The notes under the pieces: model-generated
Told to the model about the DNA's origin: nothing
Seen by the model: only the letters and a program-made list of their open reading frames with translations
Databases searched by the model: none
Translations under genes and position numbers: made by a program
In this document: in pieces, positions 52,394 to 64,000 of the stretch
Layout: the number at the start of each line of letters is the position of its first letter
Position numbering within the stretch: the stretch's first letter is position 1
DNA from: Salpingoeca rosetta
Taxonomy: Eukaryota; Protista; Choanoflagellata
Reading direction: 5' to 3'
Length of the DNA stretch: 64,000 nt
Assembly (NCBI GenBank): GCA_033442325.1
Contig: JAWQFM010000024.1
Coordinates: 788,584 to 852,583 of the forward strand

Positions 52394-52666
52394 CCTGTGA
52401 ACGAGGGTGGGTGAGTGAGTGGGTGAGACTGGGTGCATGTGAGTGGGCATGCACCTGAGAGAGATGGAACAGGGGGGCAAGCACAACCACAACCAAGCAA
52501 ACAAGCAAGTCAAGCCAGCACTTCGTTGTTCGCTGTCTGGTGTCGTGGTGGAATTGCTGCACGTTGCGGTTGCGTGTGCCTTTTTTTCTGTTCCACAAAC
52601 ACACAACATCCACACGACCACGAGACTTGCTTGCTTGCTTGCTCGCTCACTTGCACACTGTCGAAG

Positions 52667-52764
52667 ATGAGCTCGTGCTTTGAGAAGATCCAGGGCGGCT
52701 TTGCCATGGGCGGTGCCCTTGGCCTTGCTGTGGGCAGCTTCTTCTCCCCTATTGCTTCTTGGAG
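52667..52764 (+). CDS. ROMO1: ROMO1/Mgr2-like mitochondrial inner-membrane protein, first exon (rest likely in gap 52840-53429)
   Basis: MSSCFEKIQGGFAMGGALGLAVGSFFSPIASW resembles ROMO1 SCFDRVKMGFVMGCAVGMAAG. The exon ends at AG|GTAC. Confidence 0.75.
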
Positions 52765-53452
52765 GTACATGTGTGTCTGTGTGTGTCTGTGTGTCTGTGT
52801 CTGTGTGTCTGTGTGTCTGTGTATGTGTGTGTGTGTGTGNNNNNNNNNNNNNNNNNNNNNNNNNNNNNNNNNNNNNNNNNNNNNNNNNNNNNNNNNNNNN
52901 NNNNNNNNNNNNNNNNNNNNNNNNNNNNNNNNNNNNNNNNNNNNNNNNNNNNNNNNNNNNNNNNNNNNNNNNNNNNNNNNNNNNNNNNNNNNNNNNNNNN
53001 NNNNNNNNNNNNNNNNNNNNNNNNNNNNNNNNNNNNNNNNNNNNNNNNNNNNNNNNNNNNNNNNNNNNNNNNNNNNNNNNNNNNNNNNNNNNNNNNNNNN
53101 NNNNNNNNNNNNNNNNNNNNNNNNNNNNNNNNNNNNNNNNNNNNNNNNNNNNNNNNNNNNNNNNNNNNNNNNNNNNNNNNNNNNNNNNNNNNNNNNNNNN
53201 NNNNNNNNNNNNNNNNNNNNNNNNNNNNNNNNNNNNNNNNNNNNNNNNNNNNNNNNNNNNNNNNNNNNNNNNNNNNNNNNNNNNNNNNNNNNNNNNNNNN
53301 NNNNNNNNNNNNNNNNNNNNNNNNNNNNNNNNNNNNNNNNNNNNNNNNNNNNNNNNNNNNNNNNNNNNNNNNNNNNNNNNNNNNNNNNNNNNNNNNNNNN
53401 NNNNNNNNNNNNNNNNNNNNNNNNNNNNNACACACACACACACACACGCACA

Positions 53453-53523
<71 letters not shown>

Positions 53524-54134
53524 ACACACACGACGCAGCGTGCTGTATCGATACCTCATGCAACCCCCCCCCCCTTTCCTTCCAACCTCACACGCCTCCT
53601 CTCGCTCTCCTCTCTTCCATGCAGTGGCCGTTGCTTGTTGTTGTTGCGAATCCCCAGGTGTGCCCTGCATAGCTTCTTCCCCTTCCTCCAGTCTGCTCTG
53701 TTTCAACACCCCCCTCCCCCCAATCCCCAGACCTACACACCCGACACACCCTCCTCACCCATTGCACGACAAAAAACACCGACGTTGGCATCAATGGTTC
53801 CGTGCTCTATTCTGTGCAATGCACACGTGCTTTGTTTTCGTCTCCGTCGTCTTTGTCTTTGTCTTTGTTCGCCCTCCCAAGTACAAACGATATGGTGCAA
53901 TGATGGTATCGTCGAAGCAGACTGTGCTCAACCAGAGAAGTGAAACAAAACTGGGGTACGCGCACGGTATCACCACATGAACGGCCGCATGCACACACAT
54001 TCACAATAACACACAACCTCACACAAACACACACACGTGTACACAAACGTGCACAACCACACAAACACGTGCACAAACGTACACACACACATACGTGAAC
54101 ACAGGTTCTAGCTACTGTTTGGCTTGGCGTTCGC

Positions 54135-55516
54135 CTATTGGTCCTCTTCTGCGTCTGCAAACATGTCGCTCTCATCAACACCATCACCACCATCACCACC
54201 ATCAGCATCACCATCGCGGCCGTTGTCGGCGTGCGCTGTGCTCTGCATGGCAGCCATGAGCCGCTGCATGGTTGCCCGCCCTTCCTCCGTCATAGCCACG
54301 CCTTCACCATCGCCTTCGGGCCCATCCGCTCCCTCCTGCGCAAAGCTTGACGAGAACACCCAGCCACCGCCGCTGATGTTGGCGCCGGGGTTGCCCATGG
54401 CCTCAGCCTCGTCATCGCTGTCGTCCTCGCACGGATTCAGCTCCTGCCCCTGGCACATGGCCTCGTACGTCGCCTCCACTGAGAATGGGAGAGGGGGGAA
54501 GGAGCGGGGAGGGAATGGGTGGGGAAGGAGGGGGAATTGGTGCGAGTTGAGCCAACAGACGAGCATGTGATGTGGGGGCAAAGCGATGGATATTCCCGCA
54601 AGAGTGGCCAAACGCAAGCACACCCAGAAACACATGGTCGACACACACACGTACACACACACGTACACACACGTACACACACGTACACACACACACACAC
54701 AAACACACAAACACACAAACACACAAACACACAAACACACACACACATACACACGCACACACACACACATACACATACACACATAAACACGCACAAATCA
54801 CGCACGCTTGCAAAGCAAACCAAAGCAACTCACGTTGGTCAGGAGATGCCAGGACGACCCGAACCTCCATGGGCCGCGCATCGCCGTCGTCGTCCGCGTC
54901 GTTGTCTTCGCCCTCTGCGTCGGAGCTAGGCTCAATCTGCATGTAGATGCAAGGGTGCTGGAACCGCTCCGTATCCCGCGAGATGGCATGCACTACAAGC
55001 TGGTCATAGTGCAGCAGGTACCCCGTCGACCTTGCTGGGCACCACCAGTACATGTCCCTATGTTGTGTAGGCGCGCGAGTGCATGTGGATGGGTGGATGC
55101 GTGAGTACATGGGCGCGTGCGTGGTAGCATGGGGGCGTGTGCATGCGTCACAGCACGAGCGCGTGAGAGTGGGGTGGGGAAGAAATCGCCACTGGCCAGC
55201 ACGTCCTCTGTTGGCCATCAGAGAGGGAGAGAAAGAGGGATGCGGTGCGAAAGCACGCCTGCAGACACACAAACACATCAGCACACAACGTACGCACACG
55301 TACACACACGCACACGCACACACACACGCGCGCGCGCACACAGGTACACGCACACGTACACGCACGCACACGTACACGCACGCACACTCACTCTTCCGTG
55401 ACGACAAAGTCGCCAGTGCCTTCCTCCTCAGTGCCAGCGACAAACAGCTGGGTGCCCTCTTGCTTGGAGATGATAATCTCCTCGCTCCGGCCCTCGATGC
55501 TGTCCAACTTCTCCAT
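54135..55516 (-). CDS. CLNS1A: pICln (methylosome subunit, CLNS1A)
   Basis: MEKLDS…GTGDFVVTE | MYWW…[30 protein letters not shown]…EVRVV | [19 protein letters not shown]…[14 protein letters not shown]…PCIY.Q and AM..CQ.LNP are family hallmarks. Confidence 0.9.
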
Positions 55517-56152
55517 CTTGTTGCGGACGTGATGTGACACACAAGTCGGTCACCGCTCTGATAGGGCTGACGTGTGATGCACCTGCGTGTGCGATGCGAT
55601 GTGCGATGTGCGAAGTGCGAAGTGCGAGATGGACACAACAACCACAGCAGAAGAACGTGCGCAGCAGTGCAGTTGAAGTGCGGCAAGTCAAACCTGTGCT
55701 GGTTGTGGACGATTTACCGAAGATATTGCCAGTTATCGGTTGTCCGCACCCCAACTCGACGAGTGTGCATCGTCGAGAGGGGGCACTCGGCGAGCTTGCA
55801 GTGCTACACAGGTGCATTCTCCCGCACTGCCTCCTCCTCCTCCTCCTCCTCCTCCTCCTCCTCCTCCTCTTCCTGCTGTTGCACTGCTCGTCTCTACACC
55901 GGTTGTCTCCCCAGCGCTGTGCGTCCAACGCCTTTATTTTCCCTAATTCCCACAGTGCCACCACAACCACAAGCGGTATGCTGCAAAGGGATGGATGGGT
56001 TGAACTTGCTTGCTGTTCATGATGGTTACGCCAGAACCAAACAACACAAACGCTCACACACGCACACACACGAACACATGTACACACGCATGCACCACCC
56101 TCCCCCTCCGCTCCCCTCACTCACACACACACACACATACACACACACACAC

Positions 56153-56202
<50 letters not shown>

Positions 56203-56302
56203 ACACTCTGCCTCTTATCAACACCCCAACAGTGCCTGGGCCATAATTTTGGAAGTCCCTTCCGCTCCCTCTTATTTTGTACAAGAAACAAACACCGGCA
56301 CA

Positions 56303-56649
56303 ATGGCGCGGACAAAAAGTGACGCATCGCCCGTCCGACAAGCGCAAGAACAACCATCCACAAAGGCGTGCAGACAGCGAGCCCTCGGCGTCATCGTCAC
56401 TCTCGTCGCACGTATCGGAGACGCCCGGTTCCAGCCACGCTCCCTTTCCAACGAGCTTAGCCGTATCAAGCAAGGAAATGCGTGCGGGAACATGAGGGAG
56501 CGCAAGCGCAACAGGTCCCCCAGGAAGGTGAGCTGACTGGGCTGACCTGNNNNNNNNNNNNNNNNNNNNNNNNNNNNNNNNNNNNNNNNNNNNNNNNNNN
56601 NNNNNNNNNNNNNNNNNNNNNNNNNNNNNNNNNNNNNNNNNNNNNNNNN

Positions 56650-56728
<79 letters not shown>

Positions 56729-57087
56729 CTGCTGCTGCTGCTCTTGTGGAAGCGAAAATGAGCAACTCCCCTGCATCCCTGCGTAACTTCCTCTCTGACT
56801 CTCTTGTCACATGCTGTTTCGTGGGTTGATTCGGTTGTCGCTGTTGCAGAGGCGCCACTTTCGCCCTGGCCAGCGTGCACTGCGGGAAATTCGCGAGTAC
56901 CAGCGCAGCACCGACCTCCTTCTCTTGAAGCGTCCGTTTCAGCGCCTGTGTCGTGAGATTGCGCAGGACATGAAAAGCGGTCAGTGTGCTTGTATGTGTG
57001 CGTGTGTGTATGTGTGCGTGTGTGTATGTGTGCGTGTGTGTATGTGTGCGTGTGTGTGTGCGTGTGTGTGTGCGTGTGCGTGTGTGT

Positions 57088-57170
<83 letters not shown>

Positions 57171-57653
57171 GTTGTGACAAGCACGGTGCGATCATGTACA
57201 GCATTGCTTTGTCGAGTTCAGCCACACTGCTTGATGCAGCACTCACCACTGCTGTCGTTTTGTCCTGTCACAGATTGCCGGTTTCGCGTGGATGCGCTGC
57301 TTGCTCTTCAGGAGGTGAGATGCATGCAAGGCCGACGGATCGAGAGATTGTTTGGTTGATTGCTTGATAGATTGGTTTGGTGTTTGGATAGCTGTGCTGG
57401 TCTTATTCTTGTACCGGGCGGGGGTCATTTGCGTGTGTTGCACCCGTGCATGTTCCCTCCTCACACTCATCCGCGTATTCCGCACACGCTCGCTGTTGAC
57501 ACCCTCCAGGCAACAGAATCGTACGTGGTCGGCCTCTTCCAGGACGCCATGCTCGCCGCCGTGCATGCAGGCAGGGTCACGCTGATGCCAAAGGACATCA
57601 AGCTTGCGCGCCACATCCGTGGCGAGCTCATCGGCGTGTTTGCCGACATGTAA
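56303..57653 (+). CDS. Divergent histone H3 variant, probably centromeric CenH3/CENP-A
   Basis: Exons 56303-56527 (MARTK + ~70 aa divergent tail), 56850-56979 ([43 protein letters not shown]), ~57274-57314 ([14 protein letters not shown]) and 57510-57653 ([38 protein letters not shown]). Confidence 0.85.
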
Positions 57654-59404
57654 ACACCGGCAAAGGGGCGAGGTGCTCTCTGTTCTCCCCTTGGCTGTTG
57701 CAACACAGGCTGGCTTGCTAGCTTGCCTACTTGCTTGCCTGCTGGCCTGCTTGCTTGATGCTGCAAGTAGCAGAACAGCAGCCGCCTTCTGGATGGCAGT
57801 ACCCTTCAACAACATTTGCCACTGTCCGTGTTCTGTGCACGATCGTCAGCTTCTGTGCGAATCCGTCTGTAATTTGCTGCCCTTGCCTCTCGTTACGTGA
57901 TATGAGCTTCCGTTTCATCGTCATCGCTTCTGTTCTTTAATTTGCCGCCTTCCTCCCTCCTCCCGCGTTACTGTGCGATGCAATGCGCTGCCTTTTCGCT
58001 CCCTTTTGGTTCATGGCCGTCTCTGTATTGCACGCCAGCCAACAGCACCATGCCTGAATGGCAGAAAGGCTGGTTCGTGTTCTTGGCTGTTTGGCTGTTT
58101 GGCTGTTTGGCTGTTTGGTTAATTGTGAATAGATGAATGTATGGATTGGTGTGAACGTGGAATCGAACGAATGAAGCAACGATGATTGGTGGGAGGGAGA
58201 CAAGTAAGGGTGGGCTACCGGTAGTGTGTTAGTTCAGTTCGTGTGTTCTCTGGTTCTAGGGCGTGTGAGGAAGAGGAACGGGCCGGGCGCACGTTTGTGT
58301 TTACAGGAGGAGGGAATTTCGTGGTAAAGGAGTGCAGACGGCGAGACCACAACAGGGGACAGTTCGACGCAGCTGGCAGCAACACATGCAGATAAACAGC
58401 TTTGAGTTCAAACGAGTACAGGCGCACAATGCTAAGAAAGAGCTTAGTGAACAGAAAAAAATGTTCATTTCCTCTCCTGGAGTGTGTGGGCGAAGGACAG
58501 GAAGGAGGATACGCGAAGGCCAAGAGAAAAGGAAAGAGCATACTAGCATACGTCAATGAACCATGGAGAAGACAAAGATATGAGGCACAAGCCAACAGGG
58601 CTAACAGGGAAGGTGGCTTTGCACCTTCGAGGTTGTGTGTCCTGGAAAGCGGAATCGCTGTTGTGACAACAGATGACAGCGGACAGAAGGACCACCACAT
58701 CGAAGGCAATTTTCCATATCTCCAACAGCTTTTCCGGAAAGATGGCAACGTTTGGCGCTGCGGTTGTGCAGACGGATGCAGACGGCAATCCTGTGCTGGC
58801 TGTGGGCGAGACGTGCGTGCTTGCATGTGCGTGTGTGCGTGTGTGTGCGTGTGTTTGCTTACATGCGCGCGTGTGCATGTGTGTGCGTGCGGGAGCGTGT
58901 GCACGAACACCATTTTTCATTTTGCTCAAGCTTGCCAATCGAACGCGCNNNNNNNNNNNNNNNNNNNNNNNNNNNNNNNNNNNNNNNNNNNNNNNNNNNN
59001 NNNNNNNNNNNNNNNNNNNNNNNNNNNNNNNNNNNNNNNNNNNNNNNNNNNNNNNNNNNNNNNNNNNNNNNNNNNNNNNNNNNNNNNNNNNNNNNNNNNN
59101 NNNNNNNNNNNNNNNNNNNNNNNNNNNNNNNNNNNNNNNNNNNNNNNNNNNNNNNNNNNNNNNNNNNNNNNNNNNNNNNNNNNNNNNNNNNNNNCATCAG
59201 GTATACTTGTAACCATTAACAAATTCGTTCTCTGTCGCCTGCTATCTTGCTACAGATCGTATGACAATCAACGTTCCACAGGGTAGAGACCCAACAAACC
59301 ACAACATTAGGAGTCATATGGAAGGTAGGACAAACATACACACACGCATTCACACACACGCACACACGCTCACACACACACACACGCACACGCATACACA
59401 CACG

Positions 59405-59459
<55 letters not shown>

Positions 59460-60166
59460 ACACACACACACACACACACACACACACGAACACACTCGCA
59501 TATGCACGCCGCAGGCACAAGCTGCGCAGCGTGTAGCACCCGAGGCGCAGGCACCACCACCATCGTCATCATCGTTGTCGTCGCAGTCGTCGAGAAGACC
59601 GCCAGCGGTGCCGACGGTTGAAGACGCAGCGATGCAGAGCATCACAGACCCCCTCCGCGTCCACATCAGCAAAACAAAGACAGACTGAAACACACGGCCA
59701 TATGTCTTTCGTGTCAATATGCGATGCATGCAGTTCGCCCACCTTCAGTCATCCCACATGCCTTGCACCTCCTCCACCAACTGCCCAGCTCCACCGGTTC
59801 CATCTGCCATGCCAGGGCCCTTGGTCTTGTTGTTTGACCGTTTCAATCAATACCAGTACGCAAGAGTAACGAAAGCAACTGATCCCACAGCCAGAGCCAG
59901 TGGGATCACGGGGCCAGCACGGGGCCATTGACTACAAACAAAGCACCAATAACATGTGCACGAGAGTCACATCATTTGAAAGTCATTTTGAATTAACACA
60001 CAGTAACAGACAAACACACAACACATGAACAGACACGGACACACAGACAGACACACAGACAGACACAGACACACACACAAGTGTCTTGCGGGATGAACGA
60101 ACGAGTCACTTCACCCTCCAGCAGCACCTCCGCCCAGCACGACCACGACCACCTCCCCCACTGCTG

Positions 60167-60934
60167 TCACGGTGGGGCCTGCATGCGAGCGCGCTTGCAG
60201 GGCGGCGCACCATCGCCCGTGTCCCTCCCTGGAGAGTTGGGTGCATACTGGTCGTCACGTCCACCCGGGTCGGGCGTGTCTACGCGAAACTCGTCACCCA
60301 GAAGCGATTCTTCTTCGCAGGTGTTTCCCCCTTCTTCATCTTCTTCTCTGCGGGTGTTGGTGTCGTTGTCCCCAGTCGCTGCAGTCTCAATCTCACGCCA
60401 CTGATGCACGTTTCCAAGCCCACGCACCCCTTCCTCTTCTTCCTCCTCCTCCTCTTCCTCCTCCTCCTCTTCATCATCATCATCATCCGCCAAGGCAAAC
60501 TGCTGCTGCTGCTGCTGTGGAGTGGACTGCCGCAATTCTAGTGTCGGTGACGGTGTGCCGTTGATGGGTGGGGACCAAGGCGAGACGCCCGCAACCGTCA
60601 GGCCCTCAAGGCCTCCATCACCACCAAGTGCGTCAATCAAGAAAGAAGAGGTTTCGCTGGATTCATCGATTGGATGGCCCGCAAGCTCCACAAGTTCTGC
60701 GTCGCTCAGTTGGTGGTGGGTCGTAGCGCTGTGGTGCTGGGATGACTGTTGCCCCTGCATCCGGAAGGTAGGGCTTGGTGTCGAGGGTTGAGCTACAAGC
60801 ACTGGAACGCGTTGCTCCCCACCGCCTGCAGGCTGCTGTGGAGCCATGCCGGGGTTGGCGTTGCTGCTGGTGTTGGTTGACGAAGGGAAAATCCGAGGAT
60901 AGAGCCCTAGTGACTGGAGTTCCTCTGTTGTCAT
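60167..60934 (-). CDS. Hypothetical acidic/disordered ORF with C-terminal NLS-like PPCKRAR
   Basis: A ~255-codon intronless ORF with a poly-D/E tract. Its relationship to the upstream ankyrin gene is unclear. Confidence 0.4.
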   Translation of the reverse strand: MTTEELQSLGLYPRIFPSSTNTSSNANPGMAPQQPAGGGEQRVPVLVAQPSTPSPTFRMQGQQSSQHHSATTHHQLSDAELVELAGHPIDESSETSSFLIDALGGDGGLEGLTVAGVSPWSPPINGTPSPTLELRQSTPQQQQQQFALADDDDDEEEEEEEEEEEEEEGVRGLGNVHQWREIETAATGDNDTNTRREEDEEGGNTCEEESLLGDEFRVDTPDPGGRDDQYAPNSPGRDTGDGAPPCKRARMQAPP

Positions 60935-60939
60935 TCTTG

Positions 60940-61493
60940 TCACTGTTGTCCCTGCTGCCTGTGTTGTCCCTGCTGCCTGTGTTGTCGCTGGTTCTTGTGT
61001 TGTTCCTGGACGTTCTCTGCCGTCGGGCTGTCTGGCGGCGCCACTGGGCTGTCTGGCGGCGCCACTGGGCTGTCTGGCGGCGCCACTGGGCTGTCTGGCG
61101 GCGCCGCCGGGGTGGTTGGTGCTGCTGATGCTGGACTCAAGGGCGGGTTGTTCTGCACCCAGTCCTCCAGCATAGTCACCACACCTACGGCCGTCTTCTT
61201 GGCCTGGAAGCGTTTCCTCGCACGCTCCAGCGGTGTTTCGCCCTGTGATGGTTGGGATGCAGAGGGAAAGCGAATCGCACGCGTTGGTGCAACGGGCACA
61301 CTCAAAACCAAGATCTAACCTTCAAGTGTCGCCGTCCACACTCACCACTCCCTCCCCTCAAACGCTTCAAAAAGGCACAAGCACTTACGCGATCGTTGAG
61401 GGCATTCGGATCAGCTCCGGCTTCGAGCAGGATCTTCGCAATCTCGCAGTCGCCCTCCTGTGCTGCCACATGCAGCGGGGTATTCTTGTTGTT
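60940..61493 (-). CDS. Ankyrin-repeat protein, 3' exons (5' part probably in gap 61681-62312)
   Basis: Exon 61493-61389 (NKNTPLHVAAQEGDCEIAKILLEAGADPNALNDR) splices in phase to 61242-60940 (GETPLERARKR…). Confidence 0.75.
61024..61105. repeat. 21-bp coding tandem repeat x4 (APPDSPV)
   Basis: gggctgtctggcggcgccact repeated. Confidence 0.9.
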
Positions 61494-62356
61494 CTGCGTC
61501 GTCGTGGTGTGCAGTGGTGTGCAGTGGTGTGTCCGTGCGTGCGAACCGTTAGTGCTGTGTCTGTGTGACATGTGCAAGGGTGCGGTGTTACCGACCAAAC
61601 CCAAGCACAAGACTCAAACACACGTGCACCAAATGTACGCACGGTGGGCTCTTGGAACTTGGGGTCACGCGCACTCGTCANNNNNNNNNNNNNNNNNNNN
61701 NNNNNNNNNNNNNNNNNNNNNNNNNNNNNNNNNNNNNNNNNNNNNNNNNNNNNNNNNNNNNNNNNNNNNNNNNNNNNNNNNNNNNNNNNNNNNNNNNNNN
61801 NNNNNNNNNNNNNNNNNNNNNNNNNNNNNNNNNNNNNNNNNNNNNNNNNNNNNNNNNNNNNNNNNNNNNNNNNNNNNNNNNNNNNNNNNNNNNNNNNNNN
61901 NNNNNNNNNNNNNNNNNNNNNNNNNNNNNNNNNNNNNNNNNNNNNNNNNNNNNNNNNNNNNNNNNNNNNNNNNNNNNNNNNNNNNNNNNNNNNNNNNNNN
62001 NNNNNNNNNNNNNNNNNNNNNNNNNNNNNNNNNNNNNNNNNNNNNNNNNNNNNNNNNNNNNNNNNNNNNNNNNNNNNNNNNNNNNNNNNNNNNNNNNNNN
62101 NNNNNNNNNNNNNNNNNNNNNNNNNNNNNNNNNNNNNNNNNNNNNNNNNNNNNNNNNNNNNNNNNNNNNNNNNNNNNNNNNNNNNNNNNNNNNNNNNNNN
62201 NNNNNNNNNNNNNNNNNNNNNNNNNNNNNNNNNNNNNNNNNNNNNNNNNNNNNNNNNNNNNNNNNNNNNNNNNNNNNNNNNNNNNNNNNNNNNNNNNNNN
62301 NNNNNNNNNNNNCCACACACATACACACACACGCACACATACGCCCACCGCCATAG

Positions 62357-63013
62357 ATCCAACGGGTCGCCGTGATGGACGCAGTGCAACAACGGGTAAG
62401 CTGGGATCTGGAGGCCTGCGCACAGTCGTCATCGATGATGCCACCAGCAAGTTTGCCAGCCTGGGATCCTTCAAGTAAGAGCCCGCACCCACTCACCATC
62501 CCCTGACTCACACTTGCTCTCACACTTGCTCTCACACTTGCTCACACTTATGCCCTGCCCACTTGTCCACGCGTGTGCTGACAATAAAGGAAAACGGCGT
62601 CGGCACACAAGGAGCACTGCCTGCACTTGCTTGTGTCTGGGTACCCGGATGCGTACGTGGAGTTCTTCGAGCTCACAGAGGGCAGCATCGGCGAGCAGCG
62701 TATCCGCAGCGACAACCAGCTCATGCTGCTGCTGCGCAGCAACCTCTCGGCATGCGAAGACTTGAAGCGGGAAGGCAAGCTGTCCGAGGCCGTCGCCAAG
62801 CGCAAGCACCTGGCCAAGATTTTCAGGGAGCACGGCGTTGCTCACCACGCGCAGCATCACCTTGAGCAGGCAGAGGCACTGGCGGTGCAGTCGGGAGACA
62901 CCAGTCTGATTGTGGACACGCGGCGACAGCTGGGCGCCCTCTTTGAGCAGCAAGGTACGGTGTGTGTGTGTGCGTGTGTGTGTGCGTGTGTGCGTGTGTG
63001 CGTGTGTGCGTGT

Positions 63014-63046
<33 letters not shown>

Positions 63047-64000
63047 CGTGTGTGTGTGTGTGTGCGTGTGTGCGTGTGTGTGTGTGTGTGTGTGCGCGTC
63101 ATGCCGGTTTGCGTGACGCTTCATGCTGGTTTTCCCTGTGCTGCGTCGCGTGCGAGGCGAAGGTGCAAGTGCGACCCCATTTGCAGCTCTCTCACTTCAC
63201 TCCGCTCATCTTTCAAAGCCCATCAGCCCCACCCTCACACCGCCCAACACACACATGCTCCCTCCCCAAACTGTGTACGTGCGTGTTGCCTGCAGGCAAA
63301 CTTGAGGAGTCTGTGCGCAGCTATCTGTCGCAGCTGGACGTGCTTGAAGCGTCGGCGACCCCGGATACACAGGACCGCCTCACCACTGCCTGGCGCGATC
63401 TCGCACGCACCTTCCTCGCCCTCGCAAAAAAGGCAGGCCACTTGTGTGCTCGCGTACTTGTGTGTGTTGTGTGTGTTGTGTGTGTTGTGTGTGCTTGCGT
63501 GCTTGCGTGCTTGCGTACTTGTGTGCGTGAGTTACGTGTGTGCGTGTGCTTGTGTTGGTGAACATGTGTGCCTCGGTATGCATGTGTGTTCCTCCTGTTC
63601 CTCCTGTTCCTCCTGTGTCTCATCATCGGCTCCAACCACCCTTTCCCCGCCCCAAACTCACAACACACCACCACCATCACCACCACAACCACCACCACGA
63701 CAGCAAGCGCCTGTTGACGGCACCGCGGCGCTGCAGACGGTGCAGAGTGCTGAGCGGTTTGCTGTCAAGGGCGGCGATCAGGTGCAGCTCGTGCCCATCT
63801 TCTTGGAGGCCGGAGCTATCCACGAACAGGCCCGCATCATCCCGCGCGCCGTCGACGTATGTATACACACACACACACTCTCACTCTCACTCACACTCTC
63901 CCACTCTCACACACACAGACGTATGCCTGCTGTTGTTTGCAATGTGCGAGCACATGTTTGGTAAATGTGCGTGAGCGGTTGACCTCGTTTGCCAGATACC
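62357..64000 (+). CDS. TPR protein, TTC29-like (partial at both ends)
   Basis: Exons ~62357-62473, 62590-62954 ([26 protein letters not shown]…[10 protein letters not shown]…[10 protein letters not shown]), ~63296-63432 and ~63704-63857. The C..LL..GY…..EFF.L pattern resembles the TTC29 N-terminus. Confidence 0.6.

Overview
Eukaryotic, intron-rich DNA with GC-rich exons, (CA/TG)n-filled introns and eight N gaps. This is most consistent with a choanoflagellate such as Salpingoeca rosetta (inference). About 14 protein-coding genes lie in strictly alternating orientation: bacterial-type Leu/Phe-tRNA-protein transferase (-), small basic protein (+), Ser/Arg-rich hypothetical (-), UBE2K (+), a ~32 kb giant cadherin (-), GNB1L/Asa1-like WD40 (+), La/SSB (-), SRSF3/7-like SR protein (+), SMIM20/phoenixin precursor (-), ROMO1/Mgr2 (+), pICln (-), a divergent histone H3, probably CenH3 (+), an ankyrin protein (-) and a TTC29-like TPR protein (+). 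The centrepiece is the coherin-type cadherin (roughly 9,800 aa). It has more than 50 EC repeats, about 12 linkers where Ca2+ ligands appear replaced by Cys pairs, and two TMEM132-like modules each ending in cohesin / furin-site-bracketed linker / dockerin. It also has a Kunitz insert, one TM helix and a tail with NPxY, YxxM and GILK+RVxF motifs. Two sequence anomalies break its frame: a spurious N gap whose flanks overlap by 29 nt, and a ~480-bp compositionally alien, random-looking segment (15546-16022) sitting where ~150 codons are missing.
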